Below are positions 1 to 9,418 of a stretch of DNA of 64,000 bases, piece by piece. The stretch is from an uncultured Candidatus Saccharibacteria bacterium (GTDB taxonomy: Bacteria; Patescibacteriota; Minisyncoccia; 2-02-FULL-40-12; GWA2-44-9). The number at the start of each line of letters is the position of its first letter. Within the stretch, counting starts at the first letter, position 1. The notes under the pieces were generated by a model. That model ran no database searches. It was given only the letters and a program-made list of their open reading frames with translations, and was not told the DNA's origin. The position numbers were made by a program, and so were the translations under genes. Location of the stretch: positions 26,425 to 90,424 of the forward strand of contig CAZENF010000003.1 of NCBI GenBank assembly GCA_964513645.1, in the 5' to 3' direction.

Positions 1-1
1 A

Positions 2-841
2 TGGCAGGGAAGGGATGTTGCTACGGGAAAGGTTACTGAATCGGGACCATTGATAAAACTCCGCCATCCTTTATGGACAGATGTAAACCAACATGAAGAC
101 ATGCCGGTGATGGTGTTTACGCCGACCCAATGGTCTAAAGTTCAAAGCGAGAGTCTTGCTGTCGGCGCGGCACCTATTCCGCCGTCTCTACTCGGCCAAA
201 ACTCAAAATATATTCTCGCTCTGCCCGCCCGCTACAATTACGACTACAAAACCGGCTGGGAAGAGGTTGACCAACTGGTCCATACCCTCAAAGCATTTGA
301 ACCAACGACAAACAACCAAGCCGACACCTCAACCTGGAAAACCTACACCAACAGTCAGTACGGATTTAGTTTTATGTATCCTATGCTTGGAGTGGAGCAA
401 AAAATTGAAGTAGATAAGCCCTACGATAATGTAATAGCTAGTTTTAATTTAAAATATCGAGCAGCGGGGAAAGACTACTTTGCGGATGCCTATAGTATCG
501 GAGTCATATTAAATTCTGGTAATTTGTCGCTTGAAGATTATTATAACAATCATGAATGTCTAAAGCCATTGCTTGGTGAACAAATAAAGATTCATCAGAG
601 AGGAGATATCTCATGGGCTGGATATTTTGAGCCCGGTACATTGCCTTATCCGAGCGACGTTTTAGATAAATGTGGACCTATTGATTCCGTTGCAGATTTT
701 TTGAGTCCTTCAAAAAAGTATATTGTGAGAATATATTATCCCGGCGAAGATAATGAATTAGATCTATATGGTTATGATACGAACGAAAAAATCGATGCAC
801 TGACAGACCAAATCCTCTCCACATTCAAATTTACGAAATAG
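2..841 (+). CDS. Surface/exported protein with PsbP-like domain(s); 5' end lies outside the window
   Basis: Frame is open from position 2. Domain bounded by DTSTWKTYTNSQYGFSFMYP and DQILSTFKF; paralog at 39049-39822. Confidence 0.65.
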   Translation, partial: WQGRDVATGKVTESGPLIKLRHPLWTDVNQHEDMPVMVFTPTQWSKVQSESLAVGAAPIPPSLLGQNSKYILALPARYNYDYKTGWEEVDQLVHTLKAFEPTTNNQADTSTWKTYTNSQYGFSFMYPMLGVEQKIEVDKPYDNVIASFNLKYRAAGKDYFADAYSIGVILNSGNLSLEDYYNNHECLKPLLGEQIKIHQRGDISWAGYFEPGTLPYPSDVLDKCGPIDSVADFLSPSKKYIVRIYYPGEDNELDLYGYDTNEKIDALTDQILSTFKFTK

Positions 842-868
842 TAGATAGTAGTATGTAGTATGGTTAAG

Positions 869-903
869 AAATCAAAAAATCTCCTTAGGGAGATTTTTGA
901 TTT
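869..903. terminator. Bidirectional intrinsic terminator
   Basis: aaatcaaaaaatctcc-ttag-ggagatttttgattt hairpin between convergent genes. Confidence 0.65.
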
Positions 904-915
904 GATTTCTTATAG

Positions 916-1071
916 TTAGAACGTAGCTGGCTTGGTCAAGATTAAGGCAAAAGCGAGGCTTGCGAGGAGTCATACTAATGTATGATGACGAGCAAATGTA
1001 GCTTTTAACGAAAATATTGGCCAAGAGCTTACCCGCCAAATCTTTGGGCGGGAGCGGCCAGCAAGTTATAA
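916..1071 (+). repeat. Structured intergenic repeat element, copy 1
   Basis: Homologous to 19589-19753, with conserved stems and exchanged inner hairpins. Confidence 0.8.
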
Positions 1072-1073
1072 CA

Positions 1074-3032
1074 CTAAACCTCGATGACTACAGGGAGTAC
1101 CATCGGCCGCCTCTGTGTCTTCTGGAACAGGAACAACCCTATCTGGTTACGAAGCTGGTCTTTGAGATAAGCGAAATTGGGTTCGTACATTCTCTGGCTC
1201 TCGACTATTTTTCTAACCCTTTTGCGGACTTCCATCAACATTTCTTTATTCTCTTTGAGGTAAATAAATCCACGGGAAATAATATCGGGACTGGCCATCA
1301 GCTTGTGGCCCTGGGGCCCATGCTGAACTAAGGCAATGATGACAAACATCCCGTCCTCGGCCAATATCTGCCGGTCGCGTAAAACAACGTTGCCGATATC
1401 ACCGACGCCTAAGCCGTCGACGAAAACGTAATCATCCGGAGCTTTGTCACGGTCGAACCACCAGCGATCTTTTTCGATGTGAACGATAGAGCCGTTATCG
1501 GCGATTATGGTGTTCTCGGGCAGAACGCCTTCTTCCTGACCCATCATGCCGTGATTTATCATCATAGAGTATTGGCCGTGAATAGGGAAAAAGAATTTGG
1601 GTTTCATAAGTTTTAACATCTGGCGGAGGTCTTCCTTGTTGCCGTGTCCTCCGGCGTGAACGTCGAGCATCTTGTAGTTCAAAACCTTGGCGCCGTTACG
1701 GTAAAGCTGGTCCTTCAGGAACTGAACGTCTTTCTCGTTGCCCGGAATGACCGAGGATGAGAAAACTATCGTGTCGTTCTTGAGAATACGGATATATTTG
1801 TGTTCGCCGTTGGCGATACGCATTAAGACAGCGTTGCCTTCGCCTTGGGCGCCGGTAACAACCGCAACGACCTTGTTGCGGGGATAGTTGTCTATCTCGT
1901 CCATTGAGATCTGGGTATCGCGGGCCATTTTTATATAGCCGAGCTTTTTACATATCTCAACGTTGGTTTTCATAGAATAGCCGTCGAAGACAACCTTCTT
2001 GCCGTATCTTTCGGCGATGGTGATTATCTGTTGGACGCGGTTGATAAGGGAAGCAAAGGTGCCCAAAATAAGCATGCCGGTCGCTTCCGAAATTATTTTA
2101 TCGAGATTGTCGGTGATGGCCTGTTCGGACAAAGAGTGGCCTTCATTCTCGGCGCCGGTGGAGTCAGACATCAGAACCAGAACGCCTTCTTCTTTGACCA
2201 TGCGTTGCATTTCTTCTATGTCTGCGGGTTTGTCGTTGACGGGGGTTTCATCGAATTTAAAGTCCGAAGTATGGACGACGTTGCCGATGGGGGTTTTGAT
2301 GACTATTTCAAGGTCATCAGGTATTGAGTGGTTGATGCGGAGAACTTTTACCGATAATTTATCCGAAACTTTGATTACTTCACCGGGATTAACGGTCATT
2401 ATGTCCACGGGTTTGCGGTCTTTAAACTCATCAAGTCGTTTCATCAGTATCGCACGGGTGAGAGGCGCGGCATAAAAATCCGGTTCTCCGATCTTATCAA
2501 GCATGAACGGCAGGGCGCCGATGTGGTCCATGTGACCATGGGTAAAGAACATGGCTTTGACCATATGTTCTCTGCCTTCGAGATATCCCGGGTTAGGGAT
2601 GATGAAATCAATGCCCGGCATTTTTTCATCGCCGAAACGGACTCCGGCATCAATCAGTATTATCTCATCATCGTACTGAATCGCCGACATATTCCGGCCT
2701 ACCTCGCCTAAGCCGCCGAAATGGACGATCTTAAGACCGCCGGTATCAGTACCGATCTCTCTTTGCTGTTCCTTGCGGGCTGTTTCCCGCAGAACTCTGA
2801 CATGTCTGACAACCGGCTTCATCCAACGGTCGCGCTGCGAACGCTGGAGCTTTCTCATATCCTTTTTATTGGGGTCTCTCGGACTCTGGTTGTCAGAGGT
2901 GCCTTGTGCGCGGCCTTCTCCGGCGTGGCGGGTATGATCCGCCGGCTGGCGTATGTGCAGAGCGTTATGGCTCCGGCCGTCCTGGTTGGACGGACGTCTC
3001 GGATGAGACGGTTTATTTCTTTGTTCTATCAC
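1074..3032 (-). CDS. rnj: Ribonuclease J
   Basis: GGLGEVGRNM, THGHMDHIG, NHSIPD, HAGGH, PIHG, SRGF motifs; basic disordered N-terminus. Confidence 0.95.
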   Translation of the reverse strand: MIEQRNKPSHPRRPSNQDGRSHNALHIRQPADHTRHAGEGRAQGTSDNQSPRDPNKKDMRKLQRSQRDRWMKPVVRHVRVLRETARKEQQREIGTDTGGLKIVHFGGLGEVGRNMSAIQYDDEIILIDAGVRFGDEKMPGIDFIIPNPGYLEGREHMVKAMFFTHGHMDHIGALPFMLDKIGEPDFYAAPLTRAILMKRLDEFKDRKPVDIMTVNPGEVIKVSDKLSVKVLRINHSIPDDLEIVIKTPIGNVVHTSDFKFDETPVNDKPADIEEMQRMVKEEGVLVLMSDSTGAENEGHSLSEQAITDNLDKIISEATGMLILGTFASLINRVQQIITIAERYGKKVVFDGYSMKTNVEICKKLGYIKMARDTQISMDEIDNYPRNKVVAVVTGAQGEGNAVLMRIANGEHKYIRILKNDTIVFSSSVIPGNEKDVQFLKDQLYRNGAKVLNYKMLDVHAGGHGNKEDLRQMLKLMKPKFFFPIHGQYSMMINHGMMGQEEGVLPENTIIADNGSIVHIEKDRWWFDRDKAPDDYVFVDGLGVGDIGNVVLRDRQILAEDGMFVIIALVQHGPQGHKLMASPDIISRGFIYLKENKEMLMEVRKRVRKIVESQRMYEPNFAYLKDQLRNQIGLFLFQKTQRRPMVLPVVIEV

Positions 3033-3158
3033 TTTCTTCTTGCTACAAATTACGAATAATTAGAGATATACGAATATAAGAGTCGTATGTCTACGAGTAA
3101 TTAGTAGAGTAAATTAACAATGGGTGAGGTAAGCAAATAAAATCGCTTAATTTCCCTG

Positions 3159-3242
3159 TGGGCGAGAGAGGATTTGAACCTCCAAGGGATTGCTCCCATA
3201 CGCTTCTGAAGCGTACGTGTCTGCCAGTTTCACCACTCGCCC
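3159..3242 (-). tRNA. tRNA-Leu(CAG)
   Basis: GGGCGAG/CTCGCCC acceptor stem, TACGC-TTCAGAA-GCGTA anticodon arm, long variable arm, GTTCAAATC T-loop; CCA not encoded. Confidence 0.95.
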
Positions 3243-3347
3243 AAAATAAAAATTTATAAAGTTCTCGGAGAATTAAGGCTATATTATTGAGATACTCACT
3301 ACGTTACTTACAGTATATCATGTTTCTGGGATTATTGCAATAGGGGA

Positions 3348-5174
3348 CTATTTCCAGACTCTTTTTGTGTTCATATACCAATTTTCAATATCGGCAAATC
3401 TTTCCGATGGTGTAGCAATGACCCTGTTTTCAGAACCTTTGATATTTTTGGACTGGCCATAAAGATAGTAGGGGCTGTAAAGGAACAGGGCTGGGATGTC
3501 ATCAATTACCTGTTTTTGAAATTCGTTATATTTTTCAAGCCGGTCCTGGGGATTTAAGGTTTGGCGAGCCTGTTCGAGAAGAGTGTCAGCGTTCTTGTTA
3601 TCATAAAGGGCCAGATTAAGTCCGGGGTCGTGTTTTTGAGATGAATGCCACAAACTGAACGGGTCGGGGTCGAGAGTGATTATCTCTCCGAAAAGAAGCA
3701 TGTCGTAATTTCGATCCTTAATCGCCTGTTGAAGGTCCGGGGTTTGGAGAACCTGGACAGTAAGGTCAATGCCGACCTCTTTCCATTGTTCTTTGAGTGC
3801 GTTCGCGGCGTTTATCAGTTCCGGCCAGGTCGAGGTCGTTATGGTAAAGGATAATTTTTGAGTGGTTGTTTTTTTATTCGAGGTCGATGATTTTATTAAA
3901 ACTCCTGAATCGTCTTTCTGTTCCCAACCGGCTTTCTGAAGACTTTGCGCGGCCAGGTCTTTATCATGGTTATATACGGTTATAAATTGATTGGCTCCGG
4001 TTATCGAAGGCAGGATAGGGGAGTCAACCGGGATACCATTGCCGTTAAGTATTTTTTGGATAAGGGCGTTTTTATCGGTTGCGTAAGACAAGGCCAGACG
4101 GACATTTTTGTCCGAGAGGAGCTTATTCTGATTCTGATTGAAGAACACGGCGAAATATCTCGGCATCAGCAGTTTTTCCATATTCAATCTTTGTCTGAAT
4201 TTTAGTTTTTCAATATTTTCGGGTGAAATAACACTTAAATCGGAAAATTCATTCCTGTTATAGCCGTTTATCATCTCATCCTCGGAGCCGTAGAATTTAA
4301 GGTCAACCTGTCCGATAAAGGGCTTGGTATCGTAAAAGTTATCATTGACAGAAAGCTCGTAAAGGCGGATTTGGCCTAAGGAATCTTTCTGGAACTTACT
4401 GAATTTATACGGCCCGGAACCGATCGGTCTAAGGTTGAGGTCGGAAAGGGCAAAGTTGATGGGCTTTATATTCTGCCAAAGATGTTCAGGCAGTATCGGT
4501 AAGGTTAAATTGTTCAGGAACTGGGCGTATTTATTTTTTAATTTTAAGACTAAAGTATGATCGTCGATCTTCTGGGTCTCGATGGTTTGCCAGTTTATCC
4601 TTTCGAAACTTCCGTAATCTGGATTTTGAGCCGTCTGGATAGTGAAGATGACATCGTCTGCTGTGACCGGTTCACCGTCTTGCCATTTCGCATTGTCTTT
4701 AAGATAGATGGTGTAATTAAGTTCGTCCGGAGAAATGTCATATGACCTCGCAAGGTCGGGCACCAACTGGCCGTCCTTGTTGTATTTAAGAAGTCCCGAA
4801 TATATGAGTTTGACCAGGTCTTTGTCCGCGTCGGATTGAGCAAGTAGGGGATTGATGTGTCTGGGTTCGCCGATAACTCCTTCTTGGATGCTTCCGCCGT
4901 ATGCGGCTACGGGTTTTGTGAAGTGATAATAGGTACTGAAAGGTATTGCCAATACAGAAATGACGGTCAGGACAATGAATCCGAATATGAAATAGCGTTC
5001 TTTAAAAGAAAGAACTTTCGGCAAGAGTTTGAGCTTGGCTTTAAGGATCCGGTTCTTGTTGGTCAGCGAACCTTTAATGCTGCCGCTGTGTTTTGAGTTT
5101 TTATTTTTTCCGTCATCGCCTTCAGTTAAAGGAGGAATGCCGAAAAAATCATCTAATTGCCTCTGTTTATCCAC
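3348..5174 (-). CDS. ABC peptide-binding protein, family 5 (OppA/DppA-like), membrane anchored
   Basis: LIYSGL, PDLA, WQDGEPVTADDVIFT, PIGSGPYKF motifs; N-terminal TM helix. Confidence 0.9.
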   Translation of the reverse strand: MDKQRQLDDFFGIPPLTEGDDGKNKNSKHSGSIKGSLTNKNRILKAKLKLLPKVLSFKERYFIFGFIVLTVISVLAIPFSTYYHFTKPVAAYGGSIQEGVIGEPRHINPLLAQSDADKDLVKLIYSGLLKYNKDGQLVPDLARSYDISPDELNYTIYLKDNAKWQDGEPVTADDVIFTIQTAQNPDYGSFERINWQTIETQKIDDHTLVLKLKNKYAQFLNNLTLPILPEHLWQNIKPINFALSDLNLRPIGSGPYKFSKFQKDSLGQIRLYELSVNDNFYDTKPFIGQVDLKFYGSEDEMINGYNRNEFSDLSVISPENIEKLKFRQRLNMEKLLMPRYFAVFFNQNQNKLLSDKNVRLALSYATDKNALIQKILNGNGIPVDSPILPSITGANQFITVYNHDKDLAAQSLQKAGWEQKDDSGVLIKSSTSNKKTTTQKLSFTITTSTWPELINAANALKEQWKEVGIDLTVQVLQTPDLQQAIKDRNYDMLLFGEIITLDPDPFSLWHSSQKHDPGLNLALYDNKNADTLLEQARQTLNPQDRLEKYNEFQKQVIDDIPALFLYSPYYLYGQSKNIKGSENRVIATPSERFADIENWYMNTKRVWK

Positions 5175-5242
5175 TTTAGTAAGTTTAAAATTCTAAAATC
5201 GAAATCTGATATTCCTTTTAAAAAATTATCTTTAATTTTGAA

Positions 5243-5449
5243 TTAAAGCAGGAGCCGTACCATTGATATGCCCAAAAAGAGAACCGCCAAAACTATCGTA
5301 GCGTAAAATATGACCTTTTCGGCCCCTCTTTTGGTGCTGTATTCCATCATGCCCCCTCCAAAAGTCGATGACAAACCTGTTCCTCTCTGTTGAAGGAGAA
5401 TGGCGATTACCAATGATACGGATATCACAATTTGTACGTAAGTTAACAT
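5243..5449 (-). CDS. secG: Preprotein translocase subunit SecG
   Basis: Two TM helices with LLQQRGTGLSSTFGG and RGAEK. Confidence 0.9.
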   Translation of the reverse strand: MLTYVQIVISVSLVIAILLQQRGTGLSSTFGGGMMEYSTKRGAEKVIFYATIVLAVLFLGISMVRLLL

Positions 5450-5454
5450 GGTGT

Positions 5455-5805
5455 TTAGTCGAAAGCTTTAATAAGCCCCGAAATTAGCATATTTACAATG
5501 GTTATTGCTATTGTTGACCAGACAAGAGCCGTCAGGTCGGCAATAGTCATGAACTCGAATATATAATCAACTAACCATAAAATCAAGGCGTTGATGACGA
5601 GACTGAAAAGACCAAGGGTCAGTATTATGACCGGGAAAGATATGAATCTCAAGACAGGCTTAAGGATAAAGTTAAGCAGTCCCAGGATGGTACCGGCCAA
5701 GAGGAACTCTTTGATACCTCCGCTGAACTCGAATCCGGGCACGAACCTGTAGGCGGCATATAAAGCCGCCGAATTTCCTAAAATCCTTAGTAAGAAGCCG
5801 ATCAT
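5455..5805 (-). CDS. Phage holin family (YvlD-like) membrane protein
   Basis: NFILKPVL...PVIILTLGLFSLVINA signature; start placed at the internal ATG. Confidence 0.8.
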   Translation of the reverse strand: MIGFLLRILGNSAALYAAYRFVPGFEFSGGIKEFLLAGTILGLLNFILKPVLRFISFPVIILTLGLFSLVINALILWLVDYIFEFMTIADLTALVWSTIAITIVNMLISGLIKAFD

Positions 5806-5855
5806 AGTTACAAATATCAGATTAACATTTTCGTGAGGAAAATTCAATTCGCCGC

Positions 5856-7148
5856 TTATTGTCTTAGGTATTTTGTATGACGGCGTCGGTAATGAGAGAT
5901 TGCAAAGCGGTGAGCTTCGGAGTCTATGCGGAGGATCAGGTTTCGTACTTCCGGCGGCACACCCGAAAGTAATATCGGCTCTTTTTTATTTTCAATCAAT
6001 ATCTTTTCTCCAATGTGTTTTTCGTTCTTTGTAACCGCTATTACGGGGATATTTTTGGCGGTAAATTTAGCGGCATTGAACTGGGCCTTGCCGCCGTCTA
6101 TTACCATAAGGTCGGGGGATTGCCATTCCGGGTGGCGGAACCGCCGCATCAGAACTTCCTGAAGCATGCCCGTGTCTCCGCCTTCTTCGAATATGATGTT
6201 GAATTTACGGTATTCGTTCTTGTCTGGATTCCCGTCAGTAAAAACCACCATTGCGCCGGTTGCATGACGGCCCTGGATGTTTGCGATGTCGTAGGATTCT
6301 ATCCGGCGCGGAATTCCCCTGATGCCGATGATATGGGCCAGTTTTTTTAAAGCACCGAGGTTTGTTTTATTGCTCGTTCTGTTGAGCGGAGAATATTTAT
6401 TATGGATTATTTGCGCGTTCAGGAAAACACGTTTAAGTTTTTCTATTTTATACTTCAGTTCCATTGCTTTCTCATATTCGTGTTTTTCCGAGATTTTCTT
6501 CATTTGCTTTTCAAATTCATTTATCAGCGAATCTTTTTTTCCGGAAAGTATGTCTCTAATGGCCAAGATGTTCTTTCTGTATCCTGGAAATTCAGAGCTC
6601 CTTTGGCTTCGTTCAGAATTGTCTTTTAAGCAACAAAACCCAGGACACTTGCCGATATGATAATTGAGGCAGTAGTTGTTATGGGGTTGTTTGCAGGTGC
6701 AGTATGGGAATATTTTACGGAGAAGTCGCAGGGCGGTTTTAAGAGCGTTGCCGTCGGTGAAGGGGCCGATAAATTCTGTATCCACATTTTTCAACGGCTG
6801 ATGCGTGATATAAAGTCTCGGGAATTTATCGTTCTTTATAGCAATGTAAAAATACTGCTTATCATCTCGGAGCATAATGTTAAAATCAGGCCTATATTTT
6901 TTAATATATTGAGATTCGAGGATAAGAGCCTCAATGTCGCTACCAGTTTCTATGTGGTCTATTTTTTCTGATTCGAGTATCATCTGTCTTAAGCGGGCGT
7001 CGGAAGTTTTAAGATAGTGATTTAACCGGTTCTTCAAATTCAAGGCCTTGCCGATATAAAGCGGTTTGTTTTTTGTGCTTTTGAATATATAAATCCCGGG
7101 CTTAACCGGCATTTTTTTAATTTCTTTCTTAAGTTTATCCCCGGTCAT
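5856..7148 (-). CDS. uvrC: UvrC-like excinuclease (GIY-YIG, Cys cluster, UVR, RNase H-like); no C-terminal HhH
   Basis: PGIY...YIGKA, FNIMLRDDK, CLNYHIGKCPGFC, RIESYDIANI, IDGGKAQ, EAHRFA. Confidence 0.85.
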   Translation of the reverse strand: MTGDKLKKEIKKMPVKPGIYIFKSTKNKPLYIGKALNLKNRLNHYLKTSDARLRQMILESEKIDHIETGSDIEALILESQYIKKYRPDFNIMLRDDKQYFYIAIKNDKFPRLYITHQPLKNVDTEFIGPFTDGNALKTALRLLRKIFPYCTCKQPHNNYCLNYHIGKCPGFCCLKDNSERSQRSSEFPGYRKNILAIRDILSGKKDSLINEFEKQMKKISEKHEYEKAMELKYKIEKLKRVFLNAQIIHNKYSPLNRTSNKTNLGALKKLAHIIGIRGIPRRIESYDIANIQGRHATGAMVVFTDGNPDKNEYRKFNIIFEEGGDTGMLQEVLMRRFRHPEWQSPDLMVIDGGKAQFNAAKFTAKNIPVIAVTKNEKHIGEKILIENKKEPILLSGVPPEVRNLILRIDSEAHRFAISHYRRRHTKYLRQ

Positions 7149-7248
7149 AGGAAGTGATTATAACACAGCTTCTCCTTATTGACTACGGCTTATTTTTATG
7201 TGAAAGTTTGTTTTATCTCTAATGTTCTTTTAAAGAGGGCAAAAGAAG

Positions 7249-8193
7249 GTGTCTAATTTTCTTAAGGTCTGTCTGATCTTGGCTTCGCTTATCTTATCGT
7301 CATGCGGACCTCCGCCAGTAGAGAATCCTTACCGCAAGGAAATGCGCTATGAAGGTCAGAGTTTCGATGTTCCGGTCGGGTTTTTAACAAGTGAGTGGCA
7401 CGGACAGGTGAGAATATTGGCTTCCGGATGGCTTATAGAAGGTGGTGAAGGAACTTTAATGAGCGCCAAACATTTTTCAGATGCTTTCATGAAAGATCTT
7501 CTCGACCTTGGTCCAAGCGAATGTAAGGCCTTTCTTAACCGAAAAGTTTACAGTTGTTTCGCAATCAGGGTTCCTTCGGTCAGAGATGCGGTCGTGCTTA
7601 AACTTCTTGATTATGGAAAAGAGCCGGTAGGCGCATACAGGATATCTTTGTCAAAACCAAAGATAGGGGATAAACTTCATATTCAGGGATTTCATCCTCA
7701 TCCGCCGGAAATAATCGAGTCAAATCTCAAGGACGGGTTTAAGGACGTTCAAATACCCATTCTTAAGAATTTCTATGAACTAAGAGGTAAGCAGTTAAAA
7801 AATACTGGTGAGGTTGTTTTTGATAACCTCGCAGCCACGGTCATTAAGCCGGACCCTGGGGCTCTGATAAACAATCGTCTCTTATTGCCCGAAGAAAAAA
7901 GGGAATCCCTTAAATATGAGAATGATTCATACATAAAGGTTCTGATGGACCATGATCACAAATTCTCTTTCGGAGGATTAAGCGGCGGAGTGGCTTTAAA
8001 CGATTCTGGTGAGGCCGTGGGGGTTATTACCGCCCAAGATATTCTAAGGTTCGACAGCGAAGAAAAGAAATCTAAGGACGAGCATCATAATTTTTCGATA
8101 ATTACCAGGAAAAACCAGAAGTTCGACATCATCTACATTACACCCATCGGTTCGGTTATGGATATTGTAAATTATGCCAGGCTTACCAGATAG
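7249..8193 (+). CDS. Trypsin-like serine protease, probable lipoprotein
   Basis: Lipobox LSSC, SAKH (His), GGLSGG (Ser). Confidence 0.7.
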   Translation: MSNFLKVCLILASLILSSCGPPPVENPYRKEMRYEGQSFDVPVGFLTSEWHGQVRILASGWLIEGGEGTLMSAKHFSDAFMKDLLDLGPSECKAFLNRKVYSCFAIRVPSVRDAVVLKLLDYGKEPVGAYRISLSKPKIGDKLHIQGFHPHPPEIIESNLKDGFKDVQIPILKNFYELRGKQLKNTGEVVFDNLAATVIKPDPGALINNRLLLPEEKRESLKYENDSYIKVLMDHDHKFSFGGLSGGVALNDSGEAVGVITAQDILRFDSEEKKSKDEHHNFSIITRKNQKFDIIYITPIGSVMDIVNYARLTR

Positions 8194-8235
8194 TTTTTGT
8201 CCCGCACTTAGCATGCTAAGAGCGGGATTTTTATT

Positions 8236-8264
8236 TTGACAGACTACGGTTTTTTAAGTATAGT
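8236..8264 (+). promoter_or_regulatory. sigma70-type promoter of the moxR cluster
   Basis: TTGACA-17 nt-TATAGT. Confidence 0.7.
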
Positions 8265-8299
8265 TCCCGCAAAAGCTCATTGAAAAAGGAGCCTCTTGA

Positions 8300-9418
8300 A
8301 TGGCTATTTCTGATTTTCGTGAAGCGAGAAAATTAGTCGATCTTATTGAAGAACAGCCGAATAAATTTATTTTCGGGTGCAAAGGGCCGATATCTCATTG
8401 CGTTCTGGCAACGATTACGCCCATTCCGAGGGATGGTAAAAAGGGCAAGGAATATGCCCAGGCTCATGTTTATCTTTTGGACCGTCCCGGCCGAGGCAAA
8501 ACCGCGACCTTCAATTATTTAACTGCCGCTATTGATGCAAAATTGGGCAGAGTCGACGGACGTCCGGATACCATGCCTTCCGAGATCGTTGGTTACGAGT
8601 ACTGTGACAAACACAGCGGAGTGAGGACCTTATTTAAAGGCCCTATCCATAGCAATGTTTTTTATATGGATGAAATAAACAGAACGCCGCCCAAAGGACA
8701 GTCAGTTTTACTCGGCGCAATGGAAGGCGGTTATGTACTTATGAATGTTACTGACCCTGAAACCAAGACCAATGATTTTGTATCTTTTCCTCTTTATCCT
8801 ATCTCTAAGGACCCAGATGAAACGAGAATGTTTTATATCGTCTTTGCGACAGCGAATCCAATCGAGTTCGAAGGTACTTATCCTTTGTCCGAAGCCCAGA
8901 AAGAAAGGTTCACTTATTCTTTCCGGATGGGTTTGCCAAACCGGGAAGCCGAGAAAATGATTCGGGCCAAGAATGTTATCGGCAGAATTGCTGAACAGGT
9001 TATGGACTTGGACACCCTTCTCGAAATACAGGATTTGGTCAAACAAGTTGAACTATCTTCCGAAGCTTCCGAATACATTCAGCGGATAGTTGAAAATTCA
9101 AGGCCTTATTCCCAAGATGAAGAAGAATATGGCCGGACTATCAAGCGTCACGCCACCTCTGAACTTCTTGAATTCATCAACAATTATGTTACCAACGGAT
9201 GTTCACCGCGGAGAGATTTACACCTCGAAGCGGCAGCCAAGGCCTACCGTTTTCGATACGGTAAAGACGAAAGCCGGATTGCCGATGTCGACGATGTTAA
9301 GGCTGTTCTGCCTTTGACAACGGAACATGTGATCTTGCTCCAACCCAAATCGTTGGGAGATAATGTTACGACACGTAAAGTTGTTCAGAAGCTGATCGAA
9401 GGCACTATCGTGCCATGA
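8300..9418 (+). CDS. moxR: MoxR-family AAA+ ATPase (MxaR-like)
   Basis: PGRGKT Walker A, DEINRTPPKGQS Walker B, NPIEFEGTYPLSEAQKERF. Confidence 0.9.
   Translation: MAISDFREARKLVDLIEEQPNKFIFGCKGPISHCVLATITPIPRDGKKGKEYAQAHVYLLDRPGRGKTATFNYLTAAIDAKLGRVDGRPDTMPSEIVGYEYCDKHSGVRTLFKGPIHSNVFYMDEINRTPPKGQSVLLGAMEGGYVLMNVTDPETKTNDFVSFPLYPISKDPDETRMFYIVFATANPIEFEGTYPLSEAQKERFTYSFRMGLPNREAEKMIRAKNVIGRIAEQVMDLDTLLEIQDLVKQVELSSEASEYIQRIVENSRPYSQDEEEYGRTIKRHATSELLEFINNYVTNGCSPRRDLHLEAAAKAYRFRYGKDESRIADVDDVKAVLPLTTEHVILLQPKSLGDNVTTRKVVQKLIEGTIVP

Noticed and set aside
3044-3110. Short acgaata/tagta-type repeats here and at 841-862 and 5180-5245
   Set aside because: Too short and degenerate to call a CRISPR array or element; no spacers or cas genes in the window.
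3159-3242. Possible island at tRNA-Leu
   Set aside because: rnj follows directly, with no integrase, cargo or matching right-end site seen.
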